Origin: Octopus bimaculoides
Lineage: Eukaryota
Direction of reading: 5' to 3'
Assembly: GCF_001194135.2 (NCBI RefSeq)
Contig: NC_068985.1
Location: 115,034,034 to 115,098,033 of the forward strand
Length of the DNA: 64,000 bases
Position 1 is the stretch's first letter; each line of letters opens with the position of its first letter. Below the pieces are notes generated by a model, which saw only the letters and a program-made list of their open reading frames with translations, was not told the DNA's origin and did not search any database. Positions 38,707 to 51,244 of this stretch are shown in pieces. The position numbers were made by a program, and so were the translations under genes.

Positions 38707-38966
38707 AAGGGCATTAACNNNNNNNNNNNNNNNNNNNNNNNNNNNNNNNNNNNNNNNNNNNNNNNNNNNNNNNNNNNNNNNNNNNNNNNNNNNNNNNNNN
38801 NNNNNNNNNNNNNNNNNNNNNNNNNNNNNNNNNNNNNNNNNNNNNNNNNNNNNNNNNNNNNNNNNNNNNNNNNNNNNNNNNNNNNNNNNNNNNNNNNNNN
38901 NNNNNNNNNNNNNNNNNNNNNNNNNNNNNNNNNNNNNNNNNNNNNNNNNNNNNNNNNNNNNNNNNN

Positions 38967-38999
<33 letters not shown>

Positions 39000-39234
39000 C
39001 ACCCACGCACACACTAGCTAAAGATTACACAGTGGGAGCGCTAAGCAGTGACAAATAAAATTGTAATGTTATTATCAGTTAGAACATGCTTTTACTTATC
39101 ACTGCTTAGCGCTCTTCCTCTGTAATTTACTTACGGTGAGCCGCCGTACAGCACCATCAGTCGCCGCAGGGCAACTGGAAAAGCTTAAGAGAGTCAGTCT
39201 CTTCAATCAGCTCGTAGCGCCACCTGCATGGTAT

Positions 39235-39282
39235 CCGTGACTGAAGAAGGGATAACTACTCCGAAATGATTGCGTCTCACGG
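39235..39282 (+). ncRNA. Type I hammerhead ribozyme motif, canonical core, with extended stem I (39208-39307)
   Basis: CCGTGA-CTGAAGA-A-GGGATAACTACTCC-GAAA-TG-ATTG-CG-TC-TCACGG: 6-bp stem I, short stem II, 3-bp stem III (one U.G), GUC triplet. Flanked by 17-bp arms CAGCTCGTAGCGCCACC and GGTGGCGCTGCGAGCTG. Confidence 0.85.
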
Positions 39283-39509
39283 TCTAGGTTGGTGGCGCTG
39301 CGAGCTGGTCTAGGTGTATACACACTATTTGTCAATAGAACGGGATATATTTTCCGTGACAAAACGCAGAGAGTAGCTTGTTCACCAGTTCGAACGTGCC
39401 TCAACCATATTTGGACTGATGATAACATTACAATTGGATAAAGAATATTTATCCACCAATGCACCAGTGCGGTGTGTGACATTCCTTTTCTCTGTTCGAT
39501 ATTACTATG

Positions 39510-39553
<44 letters not shown>

Positions 39554-39795
39554 TGTGTGCGTGTGTCCAAATGTACACTCATACATTTTGAAATGCACAT
39601 CTATATATATATATCTGTATAGTAATATACGTATGAATGAGCATAAGTTTTTATGTACATATGTATATAATTGTATGTAATTTCACTTTTATTTAATCCT
39701 AATTTATTCATTTTTCATCTTTTTTTATTTTATGGTTATTCTTTTGAATCGATGCTCATTAGGATTAGAGAATTTAAAGCTAATTTCTCGCCGCC

Positions 39796-39880
<85 letters not shown>

Positions 39881-41199
39881 TCATGAGTATAATAAAAATA
39901 TATTCCATCTGCACTGCGTTTGAATTGTATAAATATATTTTGATTACTTTCGTAATTACATTTTCATCCTTAATAAATCGAAACAAATGCATTTTAAATT
40001 TTCAGAAATTAGAGTAAAAACTAATTCCTTCATTTATCGAATACCCATTACTTTCATAATTTTTAAACTAGCATAACTATTGTCAGATATTCGTGTTCTT
40101 TATCCGTGCAATTAATACATAAATACATTTGTGAGGCATTAGAGTGAGACTCCTAAATTAGTGCTTCGTATTAAAAAGTACTTTTTATATAGTTTAGGTA
40201 TAAAAGAAATATATAAAACATTTTAAGATTCACCATTTCTTCTACACAAAGCATAAAAATCCGAAGACTATATTTTTTTAAATAGCATAATAAAGAATGG
40301 TGCTGGGGGTGTCCAACAATTCTCACTAAGAAGAATAAGTGGTACTAACTTTTAAAGATTTTTGTCATTTGACAGAACAAGGCGTAATAAAATCAAAAAT
40401 AGCTTTATTAAATTGATTTTGAAACTATAAATTTTAGTCTGATAAAAGTAAATTAAAATAAAAGCCAAATTGATAATGAAATTGCTTAAATCGTAAAATA
40501 AGTAGGTTTCTGTAAATAAATTAATGAAATTATGCTATGTGTATATACAGGCGATGCGGGTTCAAGACTCGCAGTCAATTTTCGACTTTTTCTATACAAG
40601 GAGATTTTAACCTAATATTTACATGCTATTATTTAGCCTAATATTTACATGCTATTATTTACAGTTATCTACTTCGAGATTCACTCCCTCCACCAAAAAA
40701 ACAAAAACAATTCGCGTTCTCGATATTTCTAGATTCTTATAGAGCCAACAACCTGTCATTCTCGGTGACGAGAATGACATTTCAACAATTAGTAGAAAAG
40801 CTCAGATAATTGTCTTCATAGAATATTTGTCAGGGGTTTGAAAAGATATGGGTTCGCGTCCCACGCGTGGAGTTCAACACTCTCGAACCGAAGGGTTTCT
40901 TATGAAGTCAACATTGTCTATATATGTATAATTAAACATACAATACAGTTACGATGTATTAATAGTTTCATGCATTGAAGATGTAACCTAGGCAAGTTTT
41001 AATGACACACCTTGTGTTTCCAAGTTTCCATTCAGGCTCAGCGCACATGGACCATACAATTTACAAATCAGAAGGCTAGAACAAGAAAAATGACGAGAAA
41101 AAGCGAGAAGAAGGTTGATGTAAAAAGTAAAAGGGTGAAAATAAACGGAGAAAGAAACGAAAAAAAGAAGCAAGATTTGAGTTATGTCCTCTTTGACCG

Positions 41200-41743
41200 T
41201 AAAGCCATAATAAAGATGATTTCTGTAGAAATGATCAGCGGAGAGGAGCCAAAATCTGTGATGCAGCTACTCAATTCGGAGAAGGTTGTGTCCTCCAACT
41301 CACCAAAATAATTTTTTTCATATGTTTGCATTTGTTGAAGATCTTTAATCTGGAATTCAGAAGTGCGGTGGAATATTTAGATCTAATGAGGACGTGCAAT
41401 CTTTCAGCTACGCATACCTTGGTTTTCTTAGATCCATTAACATATGGCATGAATTTTTCAACGATTTTATACTTGATTGTATGTGGAGTGGAGTTGGTCA
41501 AACCCTATACGAGGCTAGCCAACTGAGTGGCTTTACTGTTGTTTCTGTGTCGGAAGGAAGATTAGTGGTTAGCATAGCGATTTTTGAAGTCACCTTCACA
41601 TAGAATGATGTAGCTCTTCTTTTCAGTTATGTTATCACCAAGCGTTGCTCCGACATCTGCCTTACATATGACAGAATATATCATGCATTCTTGGTCAAAT
41701 GGACAAGGTCCATGGTCTCGACAGTTACAACTAAGAGTGGTCG

Positions 41744-41750
<7 letters not shown>
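41200..41750 (+). mobile_element. Decayed RTE-like reverse transcriptase fragment
   Basis: ISVEMISGEEPKSVMQLLN, LEFRS, TLVFLD and SPS…TSALHMTEYIM follow the order of the RT motifs ITAEMLK.GGE..L / AGFR / LVFVD / SPKLF.AALE.IM, with deletions. Confidence 0.4.
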
Positions 41751-41779
<29 letters not shown>

Positions 41780-42022
41780 ATATATATGTATATATCGATC
41801 TTATGCTGATATACATATATATATCTCAAAACTACTTTTCAAAATGTGGCACTTATTTCTTCATTCTTTTCGCCGAACCTCTAAGTTAGTGGGAACGTAA
41901 CGAACCTGCACCAGTTGTCAACTGATGGGGAGGGTCAAACACAAAGAAGAATATATACTTAGATATATATACATACATATATATATATATGCATATATTT
42001 ATTATTCAGCAAGAATGTTGCT

Positions 42023-42085
42023 GACAGTGACTTCTAAGTTTCGGCCAACTATATACAAAAGCATATAATCACCCATCAGATGAAT
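42023..42085 (-). ncRNA. Degenerate hammerhead-like motif
   Basis: Minus strand: CTGATGG(A9 changed)-GTGATTATATGC-TTTT-GTATATAGTTGGCC-GAAA-CTT-AG-AAG-TC. Long stem II and a GUC triplet, but stem I is poorly paired. Confidence 0.35.
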
Positions 42086-42464
42086 GTAAAATTGTTTTTA
42101 TTAGAACTGAAATTAAAACAAAGATTAATGTATGCATACGTATATATATATTTATACACACGCACACACGCATATACACATAAACACAAACACACACACG
42201 TACATACACATGTATATACGTCGGGCTTTTACTTTCCGTCTACCAATCTACTCACATGGTTTTTGTCGTCCTGGATGTATAGAAAATACCACGCGCTGAG
42301 ACAGACCTTGGGACCATGTATATATGTTTGTATGCACATCAGTATCCATACATACATACATACATACAAGCATACATACATACAAGCATACATACATACA
42401 AGCATACATACATACATACATACATACCTACATATTATATATTATATATCTATGTATATATGTA

Positions 42465-42515
<51 letters not shown>

Positions 42516-43272
42516 GTAAGTGTGTGTGAGTGCGTGCGCTTGCGTATGCGCGTGTGTGTGTTTCTGTATGTATTATGTAATGGCAGTCCGTTCAAAATCG
42601 ATCAGGTTACACCTTCTATTGTTGCATACTACACCAGTATCACCTCTGTTAGCTTTTCCAGGAAGATTACATGGTTGCGTCTGTTAGCTTCTTCTCTTAG
42701 CATCAAAATAATTACTGAGTCAAGCAGACACGCGCGTGCGCTAACAGACAGCAGACAGATACACACACATAGCCATACACACACAGACATACACTAAATT
42801 TGATGCTGACTTTATTGTTAAAAGTACTAATCAATTAAGCTAACACGCCGTATTAGGAATTCAATTTAGGATTAATTATGGCATAAACAAGAACGGAAAT
42901 GTTCCCTCGATAGACACGTTAGTGAAAACAAGGAGATTACAGAATATTTCATCTCAGTTAAACGGTCGGTTTCGTTGCAGTTTTGGAGGTGGGAATGTGC
43001 TGAGTGTGAGCGTATATACGTGTGTTTGGTATATGTGTATGTTTGTGCGTGCGTATGCACACATAGATACTACATACATACCTACATACATGCATACATA
43101 TCTACATACATATATACTTATATATATATATTTACACAAAGTCCTAGAAGTGCTAGGTTTTGCGAAGAAAGAGTAAAATAGACTGACGCGCATTCTCCCA
43201 ATCCAATTTATTAACGGTTCAGTGAAAATTTGCCAGACATTCCAAAGTTTCTCCATCTGAGATTCTTTAGAC

Positions 43273-43531
43273 CATTGGTTCTCAATCATCTTTTCGCTAC
43301 GGACCCAATTGATTCTCATTTAACTCACGAGGAGGGAGCCTCATTGCCAATCGATGTCTAAAATCTCCTATTATATTTTTTATGATTAAATATTGTTAAG
43401 AACTATATCGAAAAATGCTTGAATATACTGTGTATTGAAGAAATATATCAAATTTATTGCACATAAATCTTAGCAACAAAGACCTTATATGGATCATCAA
43501 GGGCCAAATGGACCCTGGTTGAGAACCACTA
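43273..43531. mobile_element. hAT (Charlie-like) MITE, old
   Basis: Termini CATTGGTTCTCAATC…GGTTGAGAACCACTA resemble CAGTGGTTCTCAAC terminal inverted repeats; no matching 8-bp target-site duplication is retained. Confidence 0.5.
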
Positions 43532-43715
43532 AATTCTAGATAAACAGATGCAGACACATTATTGTGTGTATCAACGATTCAAGTAACGTACAGGCTCAAT
43601 AACGTAGTTACAAACACCAGGAACCCTCTTTACATTAGTAGACTTCTCCCTTTGCCAGTGACACGCTTGAACTTTAAGAAGAACTAGATTAAAATCTAAG
43701 AAACACACACACACG

Positions 43716-43784
<69 letters not shown>

Positions 43785-44814
43785 NNNNNNNNNNNNNNNN
43801 NNNNNNNNNNNNNNNNNNNNNNNNNNNNNNNNNNNNNNNNNNNNNNNNNNNNNNNNNNNNNNNNNNNNNNNNNNNNNNNNNNNNNNNNNNNNNNNNNNNN
43901 NNNNNNNNNNNNNNNNNNNNNNNNNNNNNNNNNNNNNNNNNNNNNNNNNNNNNNNNNNNNNNNNNNNNNNNNNNNNNNNNNNNNNNNNNNNNNNNNNNNN
44001 NNNNNNNNNNNNNNNNNNNNNNNNNNNNNNNNNNNNNNNNNNNNNNNNNNNNNNNNNNNNNNNNNNNNNNNNNNNNNNNNNNNNNNNNNNNNNNNNNNNN
44101 NNNNNNNNNNNNNNNNNNNNNNNNNNNNNNNNNNNNNNNNNNNNNNNNNNNNNNNNNNNNNNNNNNNNNNNNNNNNNNNNNNNNNNNNNNNNNNNNNNNN
44201 NNNNNNNNNNNNNNNNNNNNNNNNNNNNNNNNNNNNNNNNNNNNNNNNNNNNNNNNNNNNNNNNNNNNNNNNNNNNNNNNNNNNNNNNNNNNNNNNNNNN
44301 NNNNNNNNNNNNNNNNNNNNNNNNNNNNNNNNNTATATATATATATATATGTAGGTATACATGTATATATATATACATATATTCATGATGATTGCGACAT
44401 GTCAAAAGAAAGCTATTTCATATTCGATTATGAAACATCTGTCCATCATTGGACTTAAGTGATGAAATCTTGTACACAGGTTTACCATTCTCTTGGTCAC
44501 CATATTAGGCTCTAATGACAAGCATTTTAACATAACTGCTACTATTTTGACCACAAGTTTTATGGTAGGGAATCTTTCTCCTAGGAGAGCTACCTTCCGC
44601 ACAGCTTTGCCGAAAATAACGAGAGCCTCCTCTGCATCTGCGAAATATATATAAGTCATACACTACACTAGCGAGTCAGAACAGACCTGAGACTGTACAG
44701 TGCAGATTCAGAACAGACCTGAGATTAATGGTGATTAAGGGATGACTCCATGCTTTCTTGAAACTCAGAGCTCCCAAACTGGACCCTCATCGCCGGTTGC
44801 AGTTTAATGTCACA

Positions 44815-45410
44815 CCCAAAACATACATATGTACATACATACATACATGCTTGCATACACACATACATGTATACATACATACATGCATACATACATAACA
44901 CACATATATGCACACATACATATATACATACATACACATACAGACATACATGTATGCATGCATACACACATACATACACACATGCATACAGACACATACA
45001 TACTTCCATACATACACACATACCTACATACATGCATACACGCATATATACACACATACATATATACAGGCATGTATGTATGCATGCATACACACATGCA
45101 TAATGCATACATGCATGCACATTCATATATACATACATACAAACACACACATACACACACATACATACATACATACATGCATACATACACGCATACATAG
45201 ACACATGCATACAAACACATACATACACACATATTTATATATATACATAGAGACACACATACAAACAAATACATACACACTTACACACACATACACACAC
45301 ACATCCATCCATCCATCCACCCATCCACCCACCCGTCCATCCATCCATCCATCCATCCATCCATCCATACATACATACATACATACATACATGCACGCAT
45401 GCATACATAC
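44815..45410. repeat. Long degenerate (CA)/(TACA)/(TCCA) microsatellite
   Basis: Read directly; source of several MYVC/HTYI ORFs. Confidence 0.95.
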
Positions 45411-45913
45411 AATGATCTATCAAGTGATTTTTTTCTTTTATTTTTTCCCCGTAAATGCTCAGCTTAGAAATAATGTGTTTACATCTTTATTTTACCCACA
45501 TCAAAGCTCTGAAAAATATATCACTAAACTTTCATCTCCTATCTTTTACGTTTCAGTGATTGGACTGCGGGCATGGTGGAGCACCTCTTTGAAGGTGTTA
45601 GTCTAGCAAATACATCCCAGTAATTCTTTATGTCTAGAATTGATCTTATCCGTTTCTTTTTGCAGAACCGTTGAATTTACAGGGATGTAAACAAGCCAAC
45701 ACCGATTGTCACGTGGTGAGAAAAAGAGACAAAGTCACGGAAACTGTACGGAAGCTCGCTAGTTTGCATCAAGGTTAATTAGTTCTGTAATGTTGAATGC
45801 CAGAAGAAGGAAGATGTAATCTGATTTTGTATTGAGTAAAGAAAACCTCGTGGTTATTCCACAGGCCACACCAGATGTAAAATATGATTTGATAGTAGTA
45901 GTAGTAGTAGTAC

Positions 45914-45955
<42 letters not shown>

Positions 45956-46142
45956 TAGTAGTAGTAGCAGCAGCAGCAGCAGCAGCAACATCAGCAGGAA
46001 TAGGAGTAGTAATAGCATTAGTCCTAATAATTGTAATAGTAACAACGTCAGTTGTTGAAACAGTGGTACTATAGCTAGTAGTAGCAGTAGCAGCAACAGC
46101 ATTAGTTGTAGTAGCAGCAGCACCAGTTGTAATGAAACCGTA

Positions 46143-46197
<55 letters not shown>

Positions 46198-46288
46198 CAG
46201 CAGCAGCAGCTGCAGTAGTAGGAGTAGTAGAATCACCATCACAGTTATAATCACCATTGTCACCACCATCATCGTCAGCAGTAGCATC

Positions 46289-46356
<68 letters not shown>

Positions 46357-48229
46357 CAGTGGTGTTGGTGTTGGTGGTGGTGCTGGTGGTGGTGCTGGTG
46401 CTGGTGGCAGTGGCTTTGTCAGCTGTTTTTGTCTGCGCTCCTTATTTTTATATAGGAAGAAGCCAGGTAGTTTCTTAATTGCAATATCTTGGTTTTTGCA
46501 CACGTCAAAAATCCGCCATTCCTCACCGCGGTGCTCCGCGTGGTAGCCGTGGGGTGGTGGTGGTGGTGTTGTTGGTGGTGCTGGGGCAGTATATAGTGCA
46601 GGACTTCGCCTGTATATATGCATAAGTATATGCGTACGCGCTTCTGTGTGTTTGTGCCTGTGTATGTGTATGCATATGTGTATGCGTCATATAGAACGTT
46701 TCCGAGATTAATCGGATACCACATTGCAACAAGAAAAGATGAAAGCAAAGTACAAAAAACGAAACGAAGAAAAAAAGGAGAGAAGAAAGGACGGAAAAAG
46801 TGGGAAGAAAGATGGAGGAGGATGATAGATAGAAGGTGGAAGATATTTCTGCAACTAGAAATAGGTACATGCAACGAGGAAAAACGAAAAAAAAAAAGAA
46901 TTAAAAGAAAGAAAACAAAGAAGTCTTAAATTATGAATGATGATGGGAGCGGTTTAGTGATGGTGATGGTGGTGCCGGCTTGTAGTCTTCGTAGTTTAGT
47001 GGCGGTGATTTAGTGGTGGGTGAGGATTTATAATAGTAGGGATAAACGCGTAGTGGAAGTTTATTAGCAGTGGATCACTTCTTGTAATTTAGCCCCAGAC
47101 AACGACAGGAAGCCTATGATGAAAATTATTTCAACAGTGATCACCACATTTGTATTCCTAGATGTAGAACACGTGGGAAAGTTTTACCCAAACTGTGCTT
47201 TTCAAAAATGCTGTGGTGTAATCTGAAGAAGATTTGGTTGCTATTTCTAGTATAGTAGCGAAAGCAGTTTCGTAGACGAGCAAAAGAACAGAAAATAATA
47301 GAAAATGGAAAATTACACCAAGTTGTACATTGGAATGCAGCAGGGTTGTTTTGGTGAGTGAAAATAAACTTTATTGCAATAATATGGGTTAAAGACTGTT
47401 ATTAGTGTTCAGAGAGAAATATGAAGTAATAAAAAATTTAGGGAGCTCAATGTATACCGAAGATTAGTGTGTTCATTACAGTAACAAAGAAAGCTAATTA
47501 GGTATGGAGCAAATTCAGTAAGAAATTAAGAACAATTAAAGTAAGAATGAATAACGGATATATTAGTCAAAGTAGGATTGTTGTTGTGAATAAAGTGTGA
47601 ATAACGAAAATACTTGATTAAATATAATAAATGAATACAGGCGAAGAAATGTAAAGGATTGCGTCACACTAATTCTCTTACAGTAATTAAGAGAATGCCA
47701 GAAATAATGTCTTTAAAATCTGGATTACGTTAGTGGATGGAGTTCTTATAATCTTCAGTTTAAACTTCTATAGTCTTGTAGCACAGGTAAAAGGCCTGTA
47801 CGTACTTGAAGCAGTTCTTTCGTTATATATATTAGTAGCTTATTCTTAGCGAATACAATGGTTACATTTTCACTTAAGTATGAATTGCAAGATTTCTTAT
47901 TTCCAGAACAGGATTTAAACTTTGGTTAATATCTTCTGCTTCAGTGTGCAGTAAGCATTATCCTTTAAAATTTAAACAAATGTGTGTGGTTGTTGCATCG
48001 TCGTTTGAATGAGGTACAGTAGGATAAATTTTCATTTTACATTTCATTTTCCTACTCTATGGTCTTATAATACTTCCTTTAAATTTTTTGTTGAATCAAT
48101 ATGTTTCTTCTACCACTGATATCACACTTCCATATAGATTTATGAATGTAATAAATTTACAACCGCACAAACTTATATACATACATAGTACGTGCATACA
48201 TACATACATACATACATACATACATACAT

Positions 48230-48316
48230 CTGGCACTCTGTCGGTTACGGTGAGGATGGTTCCAGTTGACCCGATCAACGGAACAGCTTGCTCGTGAAAT
48301 TAACGTGCAAGTGGCG
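48230..48316 (-). mobile_element. Family A SINE 3' fragment abutting a Penelope-like fragment
   Basis: GGCACTCTGTCGGTTACG…GGAACAGCTTGCTCGTGAAATTAACGTGCAAGTGGC. Confidence 0.85.
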
Positions 48317-48806
48317 AAATTGGGGGAAGAAAGGGTGAGGTCTAAGGGATGGAGTGGGGTGGGATTGGATTATAGGGATGCTGGGGTTGGAATGTGTAGG
48401 GATGGGGTAACGAGGGAGGGGTGAAGATGAAGGGAGAGGGTGGAAGGGAGAAGGTGGGTACGAGTGAAGAGAGGAAGTAGGTGTCAGAGAGAGGAGCGAT
48501 GGGTGGGAGAAAGTAGGTGTGAGAGGAAGAGAAGAGCGAGGAGGAGGGTTAGATGAAGTAGGGAGGAGAGTTGATTCCATGTGGCGTACAGGAGCGAAGA
48601 TAGAAGATTAATCCCTGTTCACGGCGAAGACAGGAGTCCGAATGGACTCTGTGCAAGGACAATCCGAACACAGACAGGTGTTGTAAAGAATAACCAGTAG
48701 AGCGGAAATGGCGCGAGACCGCGGTATCGTTGTCAAGTCTGATGTCTCGGAGGTGTTCCGCGAACCGGTCAGCCAAGCGGCGTCCTGTTTGACCGATGTA
48801 TAGAGA

Positions 48807-48856
<50 letters not shown>

Positions 48857-48940
48857 GAGATGCAGTAGATGACGTTGCTCGAAGTGCAGGTGAAGGAGTC
48901 AGTGATATGATAGGGTCATTGCTGGGTGCCTGTGAGGAGA
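48317..48940 (-). mobile_element. Penelope-like element fragment: GIY-YIG endonuclease plus pyrimidine-rich 3' region
   Basis: ITDSFTCTSSNVIYCIS[(TC)n]PSLYIGQTGRRLADRFAEHLRDIRLDNDTAVSRHFRSTGYSLQHLSVFGL…RREQGLIFYLRSCTPHGIN* (stop at 48549). Typical PLE GIY-YIG, probably Neptune-type. Confidence 0.9.
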
Positions 48941-49006
48941 TGCATACACAGAAACATACACTCATACGCCCGCACACACAAACACAAACACACACACACA
49001 CACACA

Positions 49007-49041
<35 letters not shown>

Positions 49042-49492
49042 GTATATATAAGTGCGTCTAAATATATGGTGAGAATAAATGGATCATTCAAATATTCTTT
49101 TCATCATTACGGTTTTAGAATTTGCTTTGAGAGCTGATTAGTTTATTGCATAATCGGAATAAGTTATTTTATCAGAAAATTTTAAATTATGTAATTTTAG
49201 TTAATCAATTGCCTCCATTGCTGATATCCCGGAAATACAGAAGTATAAATTCTTCGTTTGGTTTATCAGATCTTTTATTCTTTTTACTTGTTTTATTCAA
49301 CTGTGGCCTTGCTGGGGTACCGCCTTGAAATGTTAGGCGAATGAATCGACCCCACTACCAAATTTTTAAGCCGGGTACTTATTTTATCGGTCTCTCTTGC
49401 AGAACCGTTAGGAATATGGTGGGAATGCAAACACACCGACGTCGGTTGTCAAACGGTCATTGAAGGACACACACACATACATACAGATAACC

Positions 49493-49554
<62 letters not shown>

Positions 49555-50251
49555 ATAGATAGATAGATAGATAGTAATAATAACAATAATCCTTGGATGG
49601 AAGTTATAATCATTTTAATGCATCGTTACGCGCCAATCCACAAATCACATGTCTCTTAAGATCACAGTCCGTATTCCTGGGATAATTACGGTGTTGTCCG
49701 TAATATCAGCGGGCATCGGATAGATCATCATGGATCCATTTCTTCAGGCGATATAACATTAATAGATCCATAAAGGATTATTGTTGTTATTACTATATTT
49801 ATCCTACATTATATCGGCACAGCTCGATGCAACCGCAAGTGGCCCACCAGTCACCATCATTATACTGTGGCCGGCATAATGAATAGGAGCTTTATTTGAA
49901 TATTCAAAAACGTTACCTGTAACCAAATTTAAAAGATGTGTGTGTATGTGTGTGTGTGTGTGTATGTGCGTATGTGCGTATGTGTGCGTGTGAGTATATA
50001 TTCGATTTAAGCAGATACGCATAAAGTTCAAGTATGAATTATTCTCAAATGTCCTCTTTTCTGCTCAATCTGTTGCTCTTAGAGATAGTTTTAGCTGCTT
50101 ATGTATATACACGCAAGTCAGTCATACTTGGATTTATTGCAATGTAATTAGGTGTTGGAATTCTGCCACTCGTTTACTAATTGAGCTCTTAATTACCTCT
50201 GATCTATCTTTTGATATTAATAATCAGATTCTCTCTATATATAGATATATA

Positions 50252-50940
50252 GGCGTGACTGCGTGGTAAGAAGCCTGCTTTCCAGCTATATTGCTTTGGG
50301 TTCATTCCCACTTGGGCAAGTGTCTTCTACTAGAGCCTAGGGCCAACCAAAGACTAGTGAGTGGATTTGAAAGATGCAAATTGAAAGAAGCCTTTTGTAT
50401 TTATATATTTATATGTATGAAAATTATTGGCGTCAGGAAGACCCAAGAGGTATTAAATAAGCGCTAAGTAAGTGCTATGGATAGACCATGGTTAAGCTCC
50501 AGGCTCGATAACGATACAAGTGAGGAGTTCAACGCGGGTCATGTATTAGCATGCATATATATAAATTGACAGAATGAGATTAAAAAAAAAAGCCAAGGCA
50601 GTAAATAAATTTCATAACATTTATCAAGAAGATAAATATTATGAAATCTATTTACTGCCTTGGTTATTTTTATCTTCATTCTGTCAATTCGTATATATCT
50701 ATATGTATATAAATCTATGTGTTTGTGCTTTTGTGTCTGTGTTTGTCCCCACTCCTCATCACTGCTTGACAACTGGTGTTTCGTGTGTTTATGTCACCGC
50801 AGTCTAGCGCTTCTGCAAAGAGAGAACGATAGAATAAGTACTTGGCTTTAAAATATTAAGTGCCGGGGTCGATTTGTTCTACTGAAACACTTCAAGGCAA
50901 TGCTGCAGACAAATGACTGGAACAAATAAAAAGATGAAAG
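50252..50940 (+). mobile_element. Family B SINE with insertions in its internal (TA)n tract
   Basis: Head at 50252-50400, tail at 50715-50940; foreign sequence, including a fold-back, lies between them. Confidence 0.7.
50555..50698. mobile_element. Palindromic fold-back element with about 70-bp arms (MITE-like)
   Basis: AATTGACAGAATGA…CCAAGGCAGTAAATAAATTTCATAACATTTATC-AAGAA-GATAAATATTATGAAATCTATTTACTGCCTTGG…TCATTCTGTCAATT, with TA-repeat flanks. Confidence 0.8.
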
Positions 50941-51164
50941 AATATATATATATATATATATAAGGCAGTTGTTTACTGTCAACTTAATGTGACAGACCCA
51001 TTAAGGGAATCATACTGCCGTTGTTTAGCCCGAGGAAGCTAGACCGCTTCCTGTTGGCCTTGACAAATTTCCTGTGTCCTTATATTTGTGAAGGGGAGAC
51101 AAGCTTTCCCACCCAGCTTTAGTCTGTGTGTGTGTATACTTGTATGTCTGTATATATGTATATG

Positions 51165-51244
<80 letters not shown>

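Noticed and set aside
41012-41311. 99-aa Lys-rich ORF with a plausible AG acceptor at about 41035 as a host exon
   Set aside because: Its 3' part and the downstream sequence resemble a decayed RT, there is no partner exon, and the composition is low-complexity A-rich.
44402-44659. 85-aa minus-strand ORF as a gene, or as an RT YADD-region relic
   Set aside because: Similarity to FADD…GLxINxxKT is too loose, and there is no splice or expression evidence.
47222-47275. CTGAAGA…hairpin…GAAA
   Set aside because: Ten unpaired bases separate the core from the stem, no stem I, and the sequence belongs to another common repeat (GATTTGGTTGCTATTTCTAG).
49700-49765. Minus-strand CTGAAGA plus a 7-bp hairpin
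   Set aside because: GAAA and the UH triplet are absent.
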